Origin: Promethearchaeia archaeon
Lineage (GTDB): Archaea > Asgardarchaeota > Lokiarchaeia > Sigyniarchaeales > SOKP01
Length of the DNA: 64,000 nt
Assembly (NCBI GenBank): GCA_029856145.1
Contig: JAHQWK010000001.1
Span: forward strand, 384,001-448,000
Direction of reading: 5' to 3'
In this document: in pieces, positions 1 through 10,724 of the stretch
Layout: every line of letters begins with the position of its first letter
Numbering within the stretch: the first letter of the stretch is position 1
Made by a program: the position numbers and the translations under genes
The notes under the pieces: generated by a model
Seen by the model: the letters and a program-made list of their open reading frames with translations, nothing else
The model's database searches: none
What the model was told of the DNA's origin: nothing

Positions 1-1
1 T

Positions 2-484
2 CTAAAGAAGGCTGAATTCATCTTAAAGAAGAAAGATAGATTGCATGTAAAAAAATCAAAGGGAGTTATTATATCTCCTTCTGGTATGCTTAAAGGAGGT
101 GCCGCAATAGACTATATAGAAACAATCTTAAACGATCCAGCATCAGCTGTTTATTTAGTAGGATACCAAGTGGAAGGAAGCCCTGGTAGGGGTTTATTAG
201 ATACGGGAATTTTTGAATTTAAAGAATCACGAAAGAAAAAAAATATGTTTAATAATTTTCAAATTGAAGCGAAATGTGATTATGATTATTTTGATTTTTC
301 TAGTCATGCTGATAGTTTGCATCTTTATAAATACGTAGAGAACCTAGAATTTCGAAATAAAAATCATAATAATATATTTTGCATTCATGGTGATAATAAA
401 TCAACTACAACATTTGCAAGTGAATTGGTGAAAAAAGGTTATAATTCAGTTGCTCCAGAAATTGGAGAAATTTATAAATTATAG
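2..484 (+). CDS. MBL-fold beta-CASP ribonuclease (aCPSF-like), 5'-truncated by window edge
   Basis: SPSGML.GG, LVGYQVEGSPGR, FSSHAD and IHG motifs; frame open back to nt 2. Confidence 0.85.
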   Translation, partial: LKKAEFILKKKDRLHVKKSKGVIISPSGMLKGGAAIDYIETILNDPASAVYLVGYQVEGSPGRGLLDTGIFEFKESRKKKNMFNNFQIEAKCDYDYFDFSSHADSLHLYKYVENLEFRNKNHNNIFCIHGDNKSTTTFASELVKKGYNSVAPEIGEIYKL

Positions 485-508
485 ATTTTTAACTTGCTTC
501 ATTCTTAT

Positions 509-2047
509 TTATTTTCCATGTAACTGCTTTCGAATTGCTAAATTACAATTTTCTAAATAAATTTCTACTTTATCTACGGGGATTTTTGTACCAGCAGCTG
601 GTGGGTGACCTCCTCCTAATACATCTAAACCTGTTTGTTCACATGCTTCTCTAATTGCTTTTGAAAGATTTACTCCTTTATTCACAATCATTTGATGTGC
701 TCGCCCAGAAACTTTATAGACATTTTCATCTTCTCTTTTTGCTAGGCCAAAAATAGGTTTTGATATATCAAATCCTTCACTGTTTTCAAAAACCAACATT
801 GAAGCAATTGTTCCAACCATAGTATCTGGAATAATATCTTCAGCGAGAAAATATTGAATGTATTCCTTTTGTTGAATTTTATTATTATCTTTAAGCCATA
901 TAAGACTCTTGAATAGTGTTTTTTTGTAATTTAAAAGAATCTCTTGAGATTTTTGATAAGAACTTTTTCTATCACCCATAGCTATAGCAATCCCTAATGA
1001 AGCATGATTTAATCGTCCACAAGCATTTAAGAGATTGGAAAACTCCGCGGCATCATATAAATCCGTGCCTACTGCTTCATTTTTTAATAGGAATCTATTT
1101 ATAATTAATTTCTCAATAATTTTACTAGGTTCAATATCAAGTTTTAAGGACCCATATTCAATGATAGCAGAAGAAATCTTTTGTTTCTCATCATTATTAA
1201 GCTCATTTAGAGCCTTTATATTACCTTTTGAATTTTCCATTAATATCCCTAAAGTTTTTAAAAATATTAAAGTTCTATTGACATCACCAGTTAACCCTGG
1301 TAAATTTATTTCCTTAGAATATGCAATTGCTTCATTTAATGGTTTTATTGAAGAAAAATTCAAATCACTTTTTATTTCAATAAATCCGAAATTCTTAGCA
1401 TCATCTAAAATTAGTGAATTTAAACCAAAAAATGATTTATTTGGGCCTTGATTTTGAATATCCCCAATAGCTCCAATAATTGCATTACATGACAAGTCAA
1501 TATTATTTTCATTTAAACATTTTGCAAAAAAATAACTTAATCCTGCCCCAGATACCTCTGAACTTCCATCAAATCCATAAAAATAAGGATTCACGTGCCA
1601 TTGATAAGTTTTATTAAAGATTTCTTTGAGTAAATCAGTATCTTCTTTAGTGGATATATTCTGTGGAAGATGATGATCTAGTATGATAAAAGAATTAAAT
1701 TTTTCTTTCAATATCAATTCATTTTGAAGTTCTAGGTATTGACCACTTCCAAAATCAGTAAAAATTAAAAATTTATTAAGACTCTTCACATCTTTCGAGA
1801 TATTACTGATAGTTTCTTTTTCTAATTGTTTTAAAACAGTAATCTGAAATGGAAGATTTTCTCGAATGAGAGCTTTGCCTAGAATTGCTCCTCCACTTAA
1901 TCCATCAGCATCTAAATGAGTATATATATGAATAGATGATTTATTTTCCTGAATAGAATCAATAAATTTATTCCTTACAATCTTTATAGCTTTATAGAAT
2001 TTTTCAAATTTATTCGTCAATTTCTTCATTTTATATAGAAGTAGCAA
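509..2047 (-). CDS. RecJ/Cdc45-like DHH-family phosphoesterase with DHHA1 domain
   Basis: HLDADG, DFGSG, LDHH, GDIQ and GGGHPPAAG motifs. Confidence 0.9.
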   Translation of the reverse strand: MLLLYKMKKLTNKFEKFYKAIKIVRNKFIDSIQENKSSIHIYTHLDADGLSGGAILGKALIRENLPFQITVLKQLEKETISNISKDVKSLNKFLIFTDFGSGQYLELQNELILKEKFNSFIILDHHLPQNISTKEDTDLLKEIFNKTYQWHVNPYFYGFDGSSEVSGAGLSYFFAKCLNENNIDLSCNAIIGAIGDIQNQGPNKSFFGLNSLILDDAKNFGFIEIKSDLNFSSIKPLNEAIAYSKEINLPGLTGDVNRTLIFLKTLGILMENSKGNIKALNELNNDEKQKISSAIIEYGSLKLDIEPSKIIEKLIINRFLLKNEAVGTDLYDAAEFSNLLNACGRLNHASLGIAIAMGDRKSSYQKSQEILLNYKKTLFKSLIWLKDNNKIQQKEYIQYFLAEDIIPDTMVGTIASMLVFENSEGFDISKPIFGLAKREDENVYKVSGRAHQMIVNKGVNLSKAIREACEQTGLDVLGGGHPPAAGTKIPVDKVEIYLENCNLAIRKQLHGK

Positions 2048-2129
2048 AATTAATAATATATTATATTAAATTATCAAATTAATAATAAATACTCAATTAA
2101 AAAAAGTAAATTTAATAAGGTGAAATTAA

Positions 2130-3125
2130 GTGCATCATGTAAGGATAAATGATTTAGCAAGACAAATCGTTGAAGATATCGTCGAAAATAAAGATCATTA
2201 TAATGCAGAGATTCATAAATTAGATAATGGAGCAACCGTTCTTGATATGTCTAAGGCATCTTGGACTGGAGGAAAATTAGTTGGAGAAATATGTATGGGA
2301 GGTTTAGGGACGATTGAATTTTCTTCTTATAATTTAGATGGTCATTTCATACCTAGTGTTAATGTTTATACTTCAGAACCACTAATATCATGCATGGCTT
2401 CTCAGTTGGCAGGATGGAGCATTAAATTAAAAAAAGATATTGAAAAGGATGGTCAAATAAAGAAAAAAGTAGTTTTTCAATCCCTAGGATCTGGACCCGC
2501 TCGAGCTAAGAGTAAAGTAGAGAAAATATTTGATGAATTGGATTATACAGATGATTCGAATTGTGCCGTTATTGTTTTTGAGACTCCAAAATTGCCAAAT
2601 GAAGAAGTAATGGATATTGTAGCTAAAAAATGTGGTGTTGATTCAAATGATACATATGCTGTTTGTGCTCCAACAGCGTGTTTGGTAGGTTCTATACAAG
2701 TGGCTGCTAGAATTGTAGAAACTGGAATCCATAAATTACATGAAATTAAATTTCCATTAAATCTAATAAGTGATGGTTTTGGTAGTGCTACAATCGCTCC
2801 TATTGCCCAAGATGATCTTGGTGCAATGGGACGTACAAACGATTCAATAAGTGCTGCTGGTTTAACATATTATAATATTCATGTTGAAAAAGAACGAGAA
2901 GTTGAGTTATTTGAACTGCTTAAAAAAGCACCCGCGAATACATCTTCTAGTTATGGAAAACCGTTTTTTGAAACCTTTAAAGCTGCAGATTATAAATTTT
3001 ATGATATTGATCCAGGATTATTTGCTCCAGCAATATATACGGTCACAAATACTAAAACAGGGAATTGCTTAACTGTTGGAAGAGTAAATAATGAACTTTT
3101 AAAACAATCTTATGGATTGGATTAA
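2130..3125 (+). CDS. mch: Methenyltetrahydromethanopterin cyclohydrolase
   Basis: EICMGGL, CMASQLAGW, GSGPARA, GSIQVAARIVE, AMGRTND, FYDIDPGLFAPA; AAGGTG SD 7 nt before the GTG start. Confidence 0.95.
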   Translation: MHHVRINDLARQIVEDIVENKDHYNAEIHKLDNGATVLDMSKASWTGGKLVGEICMGGLGTIEFSSYNLDGHFIPSVNVYTSEPLISCMASQLAGWSIKLKKDIEKDGQIKKKVVFQSLGSGPARAKSKVEKIFDELDYTDDSNCAVIVFETPKLPNEEVMDIVAKKCGVDSNDTYAVCAPTACLVGSIQVAARIVETGIHKLHEIKFPLNLISDGFGSATIAPIAQDDLGAMGRTNDSISAAGLTYYNIHVEKEREVELFELLKKAPANTSSSYGKPFFETFKAADYKFYDIDPGLFAPAIYTVTNTKTGNCLTVGRVNNELLKQSYGLD

Positions 3126-3210
3126 GGATAAGCCAAAAAGTTTTAAGAAAAAATAACAATTTTATTTAATTCTTAATTTTCATGGTTTTTTTAACAAAAA
3201 TAAAGAAAGA

Positions 3211-4278
3211 TCACATGTTCATTAGTTCTTCTTCATACTTAATAATCTCATCATTAGAGATATCTCTATCAAATTTAATCTTTTTCTGAATTCCTAAGTA
3301 GGCACAAGCAAGTTTGGCAGCAGCAGCAACTTCTGCCTTTTTAAGAGTGATAGAATATTCATCTTGTTGAATTGGATCTTCTTGATAAAGACTTTCTTGA
3401 AATTTCTTATCCTGAACTCGAAGAACACGGTCAATTTTCATTTTATATAACAACGAAGCCATTTTATTGGCAGCTTTAAAAGGCAATTGATTTTTAACAA
3501 CCAATCGTATAATATTATTTACATCAAAATAATTTAGAGTCTCAAATTTAGCCCGCAGAAAACTTTTAAGATTTTCAGAATTCTTTTCACATTCAATTTC
3601 CATCCAATCATGTATGGCCAGTTTTCTTCTAAAAAATATTAATTCCCAATCAATATTTAGTTCCTTTAATAAATCAAATATCATATCATCATTGGATTTC
3701 CTCGATTCTATTATTATATAAAGCTGAAGTCCATAGTACTTATGTTCTTGTTGAAGAAAAAATCCTCTTTGTTGCATAGAAGCAAGGATTAGAACTTTTA
3801 TGGAATATACATTTTCTGAAAGATTCTTTTTCTCGCAATTTAGATATATAACATTACCCTCCTCACTGATAAATTCGCTATCTAAAAAGCCTAAAATACT
3901 TTCCTTGTTATCCTTGATAAAAGCCATTAATCCACTAAGAGTTGGTTTCACATCAAATTTAATCAAATCATTTTCTTCAATTGTCACATAATCGTGGAAA
4001 TTACTACCAATTGCTAATTTAATGGAATTTAATTTAAGTTCTTTATCACTACCAAACACCTTCTGAAATGCATCATTTATCGGAAAAACCTCTTCTTCCA
4101 AAATTTTTATATCCGCAATAGAACTCTCATAAGGTTCTGGTTCATTTAACATTTTATTCAATACTGGTGCTTCCGAAGCATCAACCTCGATCTCATAAGA
4201 TTTTGCTAAATCTTTTCGAATAATATAGAAAGACCTTTTCTTTTTAGTATAGATAGAAAGTGATAGATAGTCATCCAA
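3211..4278 (-). CDS. Hypothetical protein; frame stays open 24 codons upstream, so the start is uncertain
   Basis: 355-aa ORF with no recognisable motif. Confidence 0.7.
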   Translation of the reverse strand: MDDYLSLSIYTKKKRSFYIIRKDLAKSYEIEVDASEAPVLNKMLNEPEPYESSIADIKILEEEVFPINDAFQKVFGSDKELKLNSIKLAIGSNFHDYVTIEENDLIKFDVKPTLSGLMAFIKDNKESILGFLDSEFISEEGNVIYLNCEKKNLSENVYSIKVLILASMQQRGFFLQQEHKYYGLQLYIIIESRKSNDDMIFDLLKELNIDWELIFFRRKLAIHDWMEIECEKNSENLKSFLRAKFETLNYFDVNNIIRLVVKNQLPFKAANKMASLLYKMKIDRVLRVQDKKFQESLYQEDPIQQDEYSITLKKAEVAAAAKLACAYLGIQKKIKFDRDISNDEIIKYEEELMNM

Positions 4279-4543
4279 TACTGCCCGAAATTTTTCTATA
4301 AATTTACCTTCTGAATTTACTGACCCAATCTTTCTTCTTCGAATTATAAATCAACCAAATATTGTTAAAAATATCTTACTTCTATTAATTAATGTATAAA
4401 ATTTTTATCTTAAATTCTTATCTAAAATGTAATATAAGATTATTAATTAAAAAATAAAACACATTAAAGGGAAAGTAATTTTTTAAAATAAAGTTTGGAG
4501 ATCAATTTTTGCCCATAAAATAAGTCTTCTTTATATTACATTC

Positions 4544-4711
4544 TTATTCTAAGAAATAAATCTCTCCCTTCTTAACATATACGATTGTAGAACCGAAATT
4601 ATTACGTATGGTGTACTTATCTCCTTGGACATCTAATATTTCTATAGAATAAGACATTCTTCTTTGCTTCATTATGTCTTCAATAATTTTTTTTTCTTCT
4701 TGTGCATCCAT
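4544..4711 (-). CDS. Small hypothetical protein, 55 aa (MDAQEEKKIIEDIMKQRRMSYSIEILDVQGDKYTIRNNFGSTIVYVKKGEIYFLE)
   Basis: Manually translated ATG..TAA ORF below the ORF-track cutoff; protein-like composition inside an AT-rich gap. Confidence 0.7.
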   Translation of the reverse strand: MDAQEEKKIIEDIMKQRRMSYSIEILDVQGDKYTIRNNFGSTIVYVKKGEIYFLE

Positions 4712-5282
4712 GATTTTGAGTTATTAATCACTGCAAAAAAATTTTATTATTTTATTATTTGATCAAGAAAAGAAATTAGCGAATTTTAAGTCAAAATCAG
4801 CTTTCTTTTTAATAAAAATTAAAAATAGATAACAGTTTTAATTATAAAATTATATCAGGTATTTATAATAAATTTAGACTAATATTCAATCAATATGTTA
4901 AGAAAATTAAATAAAAGTAAAGCATAGGATCGAAAGTTCATTGATTATGCACATTATAAATACAACTTTAAGCGATAAAAAGATATATTCATCCAAATTT
5001 TCAATTAGGAAAACTTTATGCAATGTTAAAAAATCTATGAGAAAAAACTCTTTCCATCAAAATCCTTGTATTTATCCCCTCTTTAGAAAAATTAGAATTA
5101 ATAAAATTCATTGTAGAATTAATAACCTCAATTTTATAGTTTATTGTCCTTATTAAAAAATCGATTTTTTTTTATTAAATCTTACATATTTTTATATATT
5201 AAAAAACATGTTTATATAAAACATATGTTTCTTAAACTAATAGAATTGTCTTAAAGCTTTATTCTTTTATATCTGATATAAC

Positions 5283-6533
5283 ATGGTTAAACAGAAATTA
5301 GATATTGGATTTTTCACCTCGATGTATTCACAAGTTAATGGTACTGCCATTGCTTGCAGAAATCTTGCTGAAGGTATCGCAAAATATACAGGACATAACG
5401 TTCATGTATTCGCACCGGGTATCCAAAGACCTAAAACCAAATCAAAGAATCTACACCTCTACAACTTTTTTGGTGCGAAAATTGGGTCTAAAACTGGTTT
5501 TGTACTAAGTTTTCCGATACACAAATATTTTTTCTGTTCCCATGATTATCTAGATATGGTACATATTCATACACATGCCAGTTATGGGTCTATGGCAATT
5601 AATTGGGCAAAATATTTGGGTATTCCAATGACTGGAACCCATAATTCTCCGCTTAGTTATTATACCGCACAATATATTCCCATCTTTGGTAAACTTCTTT
5701 CGAGGATGGATTGGGTATGGCGCTATGAAAGACATATCTTAGATAAATATGACCTTGTTTCGGTTCCAACTAAATCTAAAAAAAATTTACTTAGAGATCA
5801 AAGATTTAAAGAACCAATTGTATGTTTAACTAATGGTATTTCAGATTTATATTTTAAAGATGTAAAAGAAAATGGAATACGAGATAAATATAATTTGGAC
5901 AATAAAAAGATTCTTTTATATGCTTCTAGATTGTCTCCTGAGAAGCATCAATTAAGTATTATTAAATCATTTAGAAAAATCCAAAAAGAAGTACCAGATT
6001 CACATTTAGTTCTTGTAGGGAGTGATGGACCTTCTAGTTCTCATGTTAAGAAGTTGATTAAGAAGAAGCATTATAAAGATATTGTTTCTTACTTGGGTCG
6101 AGTACCTTTTACAGATCTATTAAAATTGTATAACACGGCAGATTTAGCTTGCCTTTGGTCATGGATTGAAGCGGAAGGTTTAGTTTTGATTGAAGCAATG
6201 GCACAAGGAACGCCTTGTGTAGGTGCGAATGCTATCGGAATTTCAAATGTAATTAGGCATGGAAAAACAGGATACCTTGCCAATGATCTTGACGATTTTA
6301 AGAATAAAGTGGTAAAAATATTTAAAGATGATGATTTAAGAGCAGAGATGGGCATGAATGCTAAAATGCTAGCTCGAAATTATCGAATATCTAAGGTAGC
6401 TAAAACTTGGATAAAACTCTATAAATTTACAATAAATGAACTTTACCCACTGCGTTATTATAAAAAAGAAAGAAAAGAACGAGTTGAATTGGTTAAGGAA
6501 TTTGTTCACAAATTACCTATTGTTTCATTTTAA
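5283..6533 (+). CDS. GT4-family glycosyltransferase
   Basis: SQVNG, HIHT, SRLSPEK, EAEGLVLIEAMAQGTP motifs. Confidence 0.92.
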   Translation: MVKQKLDIGFFTSMYSQVNGTAIACRNLAEGIAKYTGHNVHVFAPGIQRPKTKSKNLHLYNFFGAKIGSKTGFVLSFPIHKYFFCSHDYLDMVHIHTHASYGSMAINWAKYLGIPMTGTHNSPLSYYTAQYIPIFGKLLSRMDWVWRYERHILDKYDLVSVPTKSKKNLLRDQRFKEPIVCLTNGISDLYFKDVKENGIRDKYNLDNKKILLYASRLSPEKHQLSIIKSFRKIQKEVPDSHLVLVGSDGPSSSHVKKLIKKKHYKDIVSYLGRVPFTDLLKLYNTADLACLWSWIEAEGLVLIEAMAQGTPCVGANAIGISNVIRHGKTGYLANDLDDFKNKVVKIFKDDDLRAEMGMNAKMLARNYRISKVAKTWIKLYKFTINELYPLRYYKKERKERVELVKEFVHKLPIVSF

Positions 6534-6540
6534 ATTCTCT

Positions 6541-7287
6541 TTAGAAATTATGTTGTGTTCTAATTTGTTCTAATTTTGTTTTACAATTATTACAAAAATC
6601 AAATGACTTTTCATCAATTTTTTTTACATCATGAGAGAATCTCATAACACATGAATTTTTGAGACAATGGTCTGGACCTAATATGATATGTCCAATTTCG
6701 TGAATTACTTCTTTAATAACTCGCTGCTCAAAAATTTTAAAATTTGCTAATCTATTATAGAACTGTTCTTTTAACTTTAATGATGATATTACACAACAAC
6801 GATGTTTTAAATGTGTTTCTCCAAATAAAAATAGAATATTATCATCACTACTAGAATATAAAGGAAGATCAGTAACTGCAATTATCATTCCAAGGTTTTC
6901 TTCTATTCTTTTATTTATTAAAATCTGATAAAACTTATTAGTAGGATGTATCTTAATTCTACCCGAAGTTTTTTTTATTTCTCCATATTCGGTTTTAACA
7001 CCTTTAGAGATTAATTCAAAAGAAAAATTGTAAGTCCCTAAATTTCTGATAGTAAAAAAAAAAGAATCAAACACTTGAGTTAAATAATGCTTTATTTTTT
7101 CAAAAAGAGCTTTATCATATTCTCCAAAAAATAGAATTCCTATATGACACGGCAATAAAAGCTTTTTTGGTATTTCATTATCTAATTCAAATTCGTCAGT
7201 ATAAGATATTCCTATTCTTGTAATTAGTTTTTTTAATTTATCTTTATATCTGCGAATTTTTTGCTCATATTTCTGAAATCTTGGCAT
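6541..7287 (-). CDS. Archaemetzincin-like Zn metalloprotease (M54)
   Basis: KEVIHEIGH..LG..HC....CVMRFS and FCNNC motifs. Confidence 0.85.
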   Translation of the reverse strand: MPRFQKYEQKIRRYKDKLKKLITRIGISYTDEFELDNEIPKKLLLPCHIGILFFGEYDKALFEKIKHYLTQVFDSFFFTIRNLGTYNFSFELISKGVKTEYGEIKKTSGRIKIHPTNKFYQILINKRIEENLGMIIAVTDLPLYSSSDDNILFLFGETHLKHRCCVISSLKLKEQFYNRLANFKIFEQRVIKEVIHEIGHIILGPDHCLKNSCVMRFSHDVKKIDEKSFDFCNNCKTKLEQIRTQHNF

Positions 7288-7440
7288 TATCAGAGTTTTA
7301 AAAGTTACGTTCTATAAGAAGTTTCTTTCATTGAATAAAATTGAAATAGTGGGTTTAAATTTATTATTAATAGGTATTTAAGTCATAAATTCTATTATAA
7401 ATTAGATTAATTATTTTTTTACTATCAATTTTATGAAAAC

Positions 7441-8487
7441 ATGACAGATTTAATAGAAAATTCAGAGGAAACAAATCTAAATAAAGAAATTGTCAAAAAT
7501 TCTATAAATTTAGAAGAAAGGGACAAAGATGTAGTTGAAAAAGATTTTATCCCTCACTTTTTTCCAACTTACAGAATCAAAAGAAATTTATATCCAATAC
7601 CAATAATTCTCGTAGTTGCGATCTCAGCAATCCTAGCTTATTTAGCATATGTTGAAGCAGGAATTCAAATTGATGGTGGATACATTTCAGAAAGTGAATT
7701 TGGAGCACTAGGAGGAATTTTAAATGGGTTAATTTATACAGCATTAGCGGGAATCTCTGCTTTTGTCATAATTTTCATAATAAAGAAAAAAGGTATTGGT
7801 GTATTAATGTATATTTTTGGATTTAGTTTTGGATTAGTTGGATTTTTTCAAACTTGGTTTTTTGGGGAAATTATTATATATTTATTATTTTTAAATTCAC
7901 CACATTTATTCTATCTATTTTATTATGAAATGATTTTTCTAACAGCCTTTTTTACCATTCTTATGCTGTATTTATATTTTACTTCAAAATCGATAAAAAT
8001 AAAAAATTTTATCGTCTTATATATAGGATTATTAATTGGAGCATCTATGGGTGTATTAATGCCTCTTTGGACTACTTTAGCTATCTTAATTGGGATTTCA
8101 TGTTGGGACATTTTCGCTGTGTTATATAAACATGGACCAATCAAACAATTGATTGATATTGCGTCAAATCCAGAGGAAGATGTTGTTCTATCAGAACAAG
8201 AATTACAACAAAAAATTAAAACTGGAGAATATGAGTATGATACTTCAAAATTGGAAATTGGAATAGGTGATTTAGCTTTTTATAGCATGCTTACTTCAAG
8301 TGCCCTAGTTCAAACTAATAATCTAATAATTATGATTTTGACTGCATTTGCAACAATTGTAGGTACTGGAATTACTATTGCAGGTTTAAAACGAAACAAA
8401 ATCTTACCTGGTCTACCCATTTCGATTTTTCTTGGTATAGGAACGATGTTACTCTCATGGTTTTTAATCTCAACTTTTTTCTTTTAG
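7441..8487 (+). CDS. Presenilin-family GxGD intramembrane aspartyl protease
   Basis: Multi-TM; WDIFAVL (YD-equivalent), IGIGDLAFYS, LPGLPISI (PAL-equivalent). Confidence 0.9.
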   Translation: MTDLIENSEETNLNKEIVKNSINLEERDKDVVEKDFIPHFFPTYRIKRNLYPIPIILVVAISAILAYLAYVEAGIQIDGGYISESEFGALGGILNGLIYTALAGISAFVIIFIIKKKGIGVLMYIFGFSFGLVGFFQTWFFGEIIIYLLFLNSPHLFYLFYYEMIFLTAFFTILMLYLYFTSKSIKIKNFIVLYIGLLIGASMGVLMPLWTTLAILIGISCWDIFAVLYKHGPIKQLIDIASNPEEDVVLSEQELQQKIKTGEYEYDTSKLEIGIGDLAFYSMLTSSALVQTNNLIIMILTAFATIVGTGITIAGLKRNKILPGLPISIFLGIGTMLLSWFLISTFFF

Positions 8488-8527
8488 TTAAGATTACATT
8501 TTTTTTAAGGAAATAACCTTTAATTTA

Positions 8528-9760
8528 TTGCTTAAATTAAATTTATTATTATCGAAAGTGAGGATTAAAGCGATGGCTAATATATATAATATTAATACAA
8601 TTGCAGTTATTGGTGCTGGAACGATGGGTCATGAAATTGCCCAAGTTGCTTTAATGGGAGGATTAAAACCTGTTTTATTAAATGATTTAAATAGTGAAAT
8701 ACTCGAAAAAGCAATAAACAAAATTCAAAATGGTTTAAGAAGATTAGAAACTAAAGGAAAGTTAAAGAAAGGATATACGACTTCCGCCCTTATGGAAAAT
8801 CTTAAAACAGAAATAGATCTAAAGAAAACGGTTTCTCATGTAGATTTTGTCTTTGAAGCAATTCCTGAAAAAATGAAAATTAAACAAGAACTCTTCGAAA
8901 AATTAGGGAATTTTGCTCCAAAACATACAATTTTGGCTACAAATACATCAACGATGAGTATAACAAAGATTGCTTCTTTATCAGGACGACCAGATAAAGT
9001 TATTGGGTGCCATTTTTTTACTCCGATAGTGGTACTTAGATTAATTGAAATTATAAAAGGTAGAGAAACTTCAGAAGAAACAGTTGAAATTACTAAAAAG
9101 GTTTGCGAACAATTACCTGCTCTCAAAGGAAGAAGGTTTTTACCCGTTCTTCAAAAAGAGAGTCCGGGATTTATTGTAAATCGGTTACTGTTAGGAATTA
9201 GTGCTTATTTAAACTGGCTTCTTGATTATGCGATGGAGGAAGGCATACCATTAGAAAATTTAGATGCTGATGTAAAAGAAATAATGAAAGTCGGGCCATT
9301 AGCCAAATGGGATTATTTGGGCCTTGATGTAGTTTATAATACTTTAAAATATTTTGAGAAAGTTGTTTCACTTGATTTTTCTCCTGGAAAAACTCTAACA
9401 AAATTAGTAAATGAAGGAAAATTAGGTAGAAAAACTGGAGAAGGCCTTTTTAAATGGGTTGAAGGTAAACCACAAATAAATTTAGATAGAAAAGCAAGAA
9501 TTCTCGATCTTGAGCTTTTTATGGCAATTCAGTTGAATGAAGGATGTAAACTCTTAGAAGAGAGGATAGTTTCTGGATATAAAATTATTGACGATACAAT
9601 GTTTGCTGGAATGGATATGCCTGGACCATTTGGTATGGGGAAAAAAAAATATGAACAATGGGTTAAGCTGCTAGAAGATTTCGTTGGAAAATCAAATCTG
9701 AATTATTTTAACCCTTGTAATTTAATGAAATCTGGCAAATTTATTCAAATGCGAAAATAA
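8528..9760 (+). CDS. 3-hydroxyacyl-CoA dehydrogenase (likely start ATG 8573)
   Basis: GAGTMG, EAIPE, TNTST, HFFTP, PGFIVNR, GKLGRKTGEG. Confidence 0.92.
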   Translation: MLKLNLLLSKVRIKAMANIYNINTIAVIGAGTMGHEIAQVALMGGLKPVLLNDLNSEILEKAINKIQNGLRRLETKGKLKKGYTTSALMENLKTEIDLKKTVSHVDFVFEAIPEKMKIKQELFEKLGNFAPKHTILATNTSTMSITKIASLSGRPDKVIGCHFFTPIVVLRLIEIIKGRETSEETVEITKKVCEQLPALKGRRFLPVLQKESPGFIVNRLLLGISAYLNWLLDYAMEEGIPLENLDADVKEIMKVGPLAKWDYLGLDVVYNTLKYFEKVVSLDFSPGKTLTKLVNEGKLGRKTGEGLFKWVEGKPQINLDRKARILDLELFMAIQLNEGCKLLEERIVSGYKIIDDTMFAGMDMPGPFGMGKKKYEQWVKLLEDFVGKSNLNYFNPCNLMKSGKFIQMRK

Positions 9761-9882
9761 GAAAGTAATAATAATCTTATATAATCCAAACAAACATTAA
9801 TCAATAATTTTATATTATAATTGTGTGTAATTTATAAGAAAAATAGATTTATAAAATAAGAGTTAATTAAAAAGAATAACTA

Positions 9883-10173
9883 ATGTCTGAAGAGAACAAT
9901 GCTCCTAAATCGGGTTTCGATAAAATTATTGATTACTTTAATAATTCACTCGATTTAAATCATCCGATTGCCATTGCAAAAATTGTGGAAGAAACTGGGT
10001 TTTCTTGGAGTTTTGTTAAAAAAACATTAACTAAAATAAGTGAACAATACGATGGATTTCATTTTGAAAAATCAGGAAGCACGTGGATTACTTGGAAAGA
10101 TCGTGATCATTTAATAAAAAAACTCAATGATACTTGTTCCCGTTTATTAGACGAAGCTGAAGATGAAAATTAA
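9883..10173 (+). CDS. Small hypothetical protein, possible winged-helix
   Basis: IAKIVEETGFSWSFVKKTL resembles an HTH, followed by a beta-hairpin-like segment. Confidence 0.6.
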   Translation: MSEENNAPKSGFDKIIDYFNNSLDLNHPIAIAKIVEETGFSWSFVKKTLTKISEQYDGFHFEKSGSTWITWKDRDHLIKKLNDTCSRLLDEAEDEN

Positions 10174-10303
10174 AAAATTTTTATTTTTTATATATGAATT
10201 TCCTCAAATTTTGGGGAGAAATGTATTTTATATATAAAATTTACGCTCTCCAATATTTTAAAAAGATCAGCTCGCGTTTTTTATTTAAAAACATCTAAAA
10301 AAT

Positions 10304-10477
10304 ATGAATATAATGAGTCTTCAATTAGATTTTCTTTCTAAATTAAGGCTATTTATTTGCCCATTTAAAAATATGTGTATTCTCCCGAAAAAACAGTTTC
10401 TATGTAAGATCCCAGAGTGTAAAAGCTGTCCAACTTATATTGAAAAATTAAAAAAACTCAAAGAAAGAATCCTTTAA
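10304..10477 (+). CDS. Small Cys-rich protein, 57 aa (..FICPFKNMCILPKKQFLCKIPECKSCPTY..)
   Basis: Manual translation; five Cys; below the ORF-track cutoff. Confidence 0.65.
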   Translation: MNIMSLQLDFLSKLRLFICPFKNMCILPKKQFLCKIPECKSCPTYIEKLKKLKERIL

Positions 10478-10517
10478 TGCCTTTCTTAAAAAAATTTGAA
10501 CTTATGAATAAATAATT

Positions 10518-10724
10518 TTAATCTTTTTCTTCTAATTTTCTTTGAATATGTCTAAGTAAGCTCATTAATTCTTCAGTAGTACATTTATCTATTAAATCTA
10601 ATAAATTTTCTGACCATGATTCTGTACATTGCTCACATTCAAATATAAAATCAAGATATTCTTTTTTTTTTCCACTACTCATGATTTTTTTTATTTTTTT
10701 TGTTTTTTTAAAACAGGAGAACAA
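10518..10724 (-). CDS. Small hypothetical protein (likely start at the internal MSSGKK, 10682)
   Basis: Short ORF tandem with 10725..10955; CEQC motif. Confidence 0.5.
   Translation of the reverse strand: MFSCFKKTKKIKKIMSSGKKKEYLDFIFECEQCTESWSENLLDLIDKCTTEELMSLLRHIQRKLEEKD

Noticed and set aside
4941-5156. 71-aa ORF in AT-rich intergenic DNA
   Set aside because: TTG start, composition mirrors AT-rich non-coding DNA, no motif
5204-5230. AAACATGTTT/AAACATATGTTT palindromes around TTTATATA upstream of the GT4 gene
   Set aside because: Possible operator, but too AT-rich to support without comparative data
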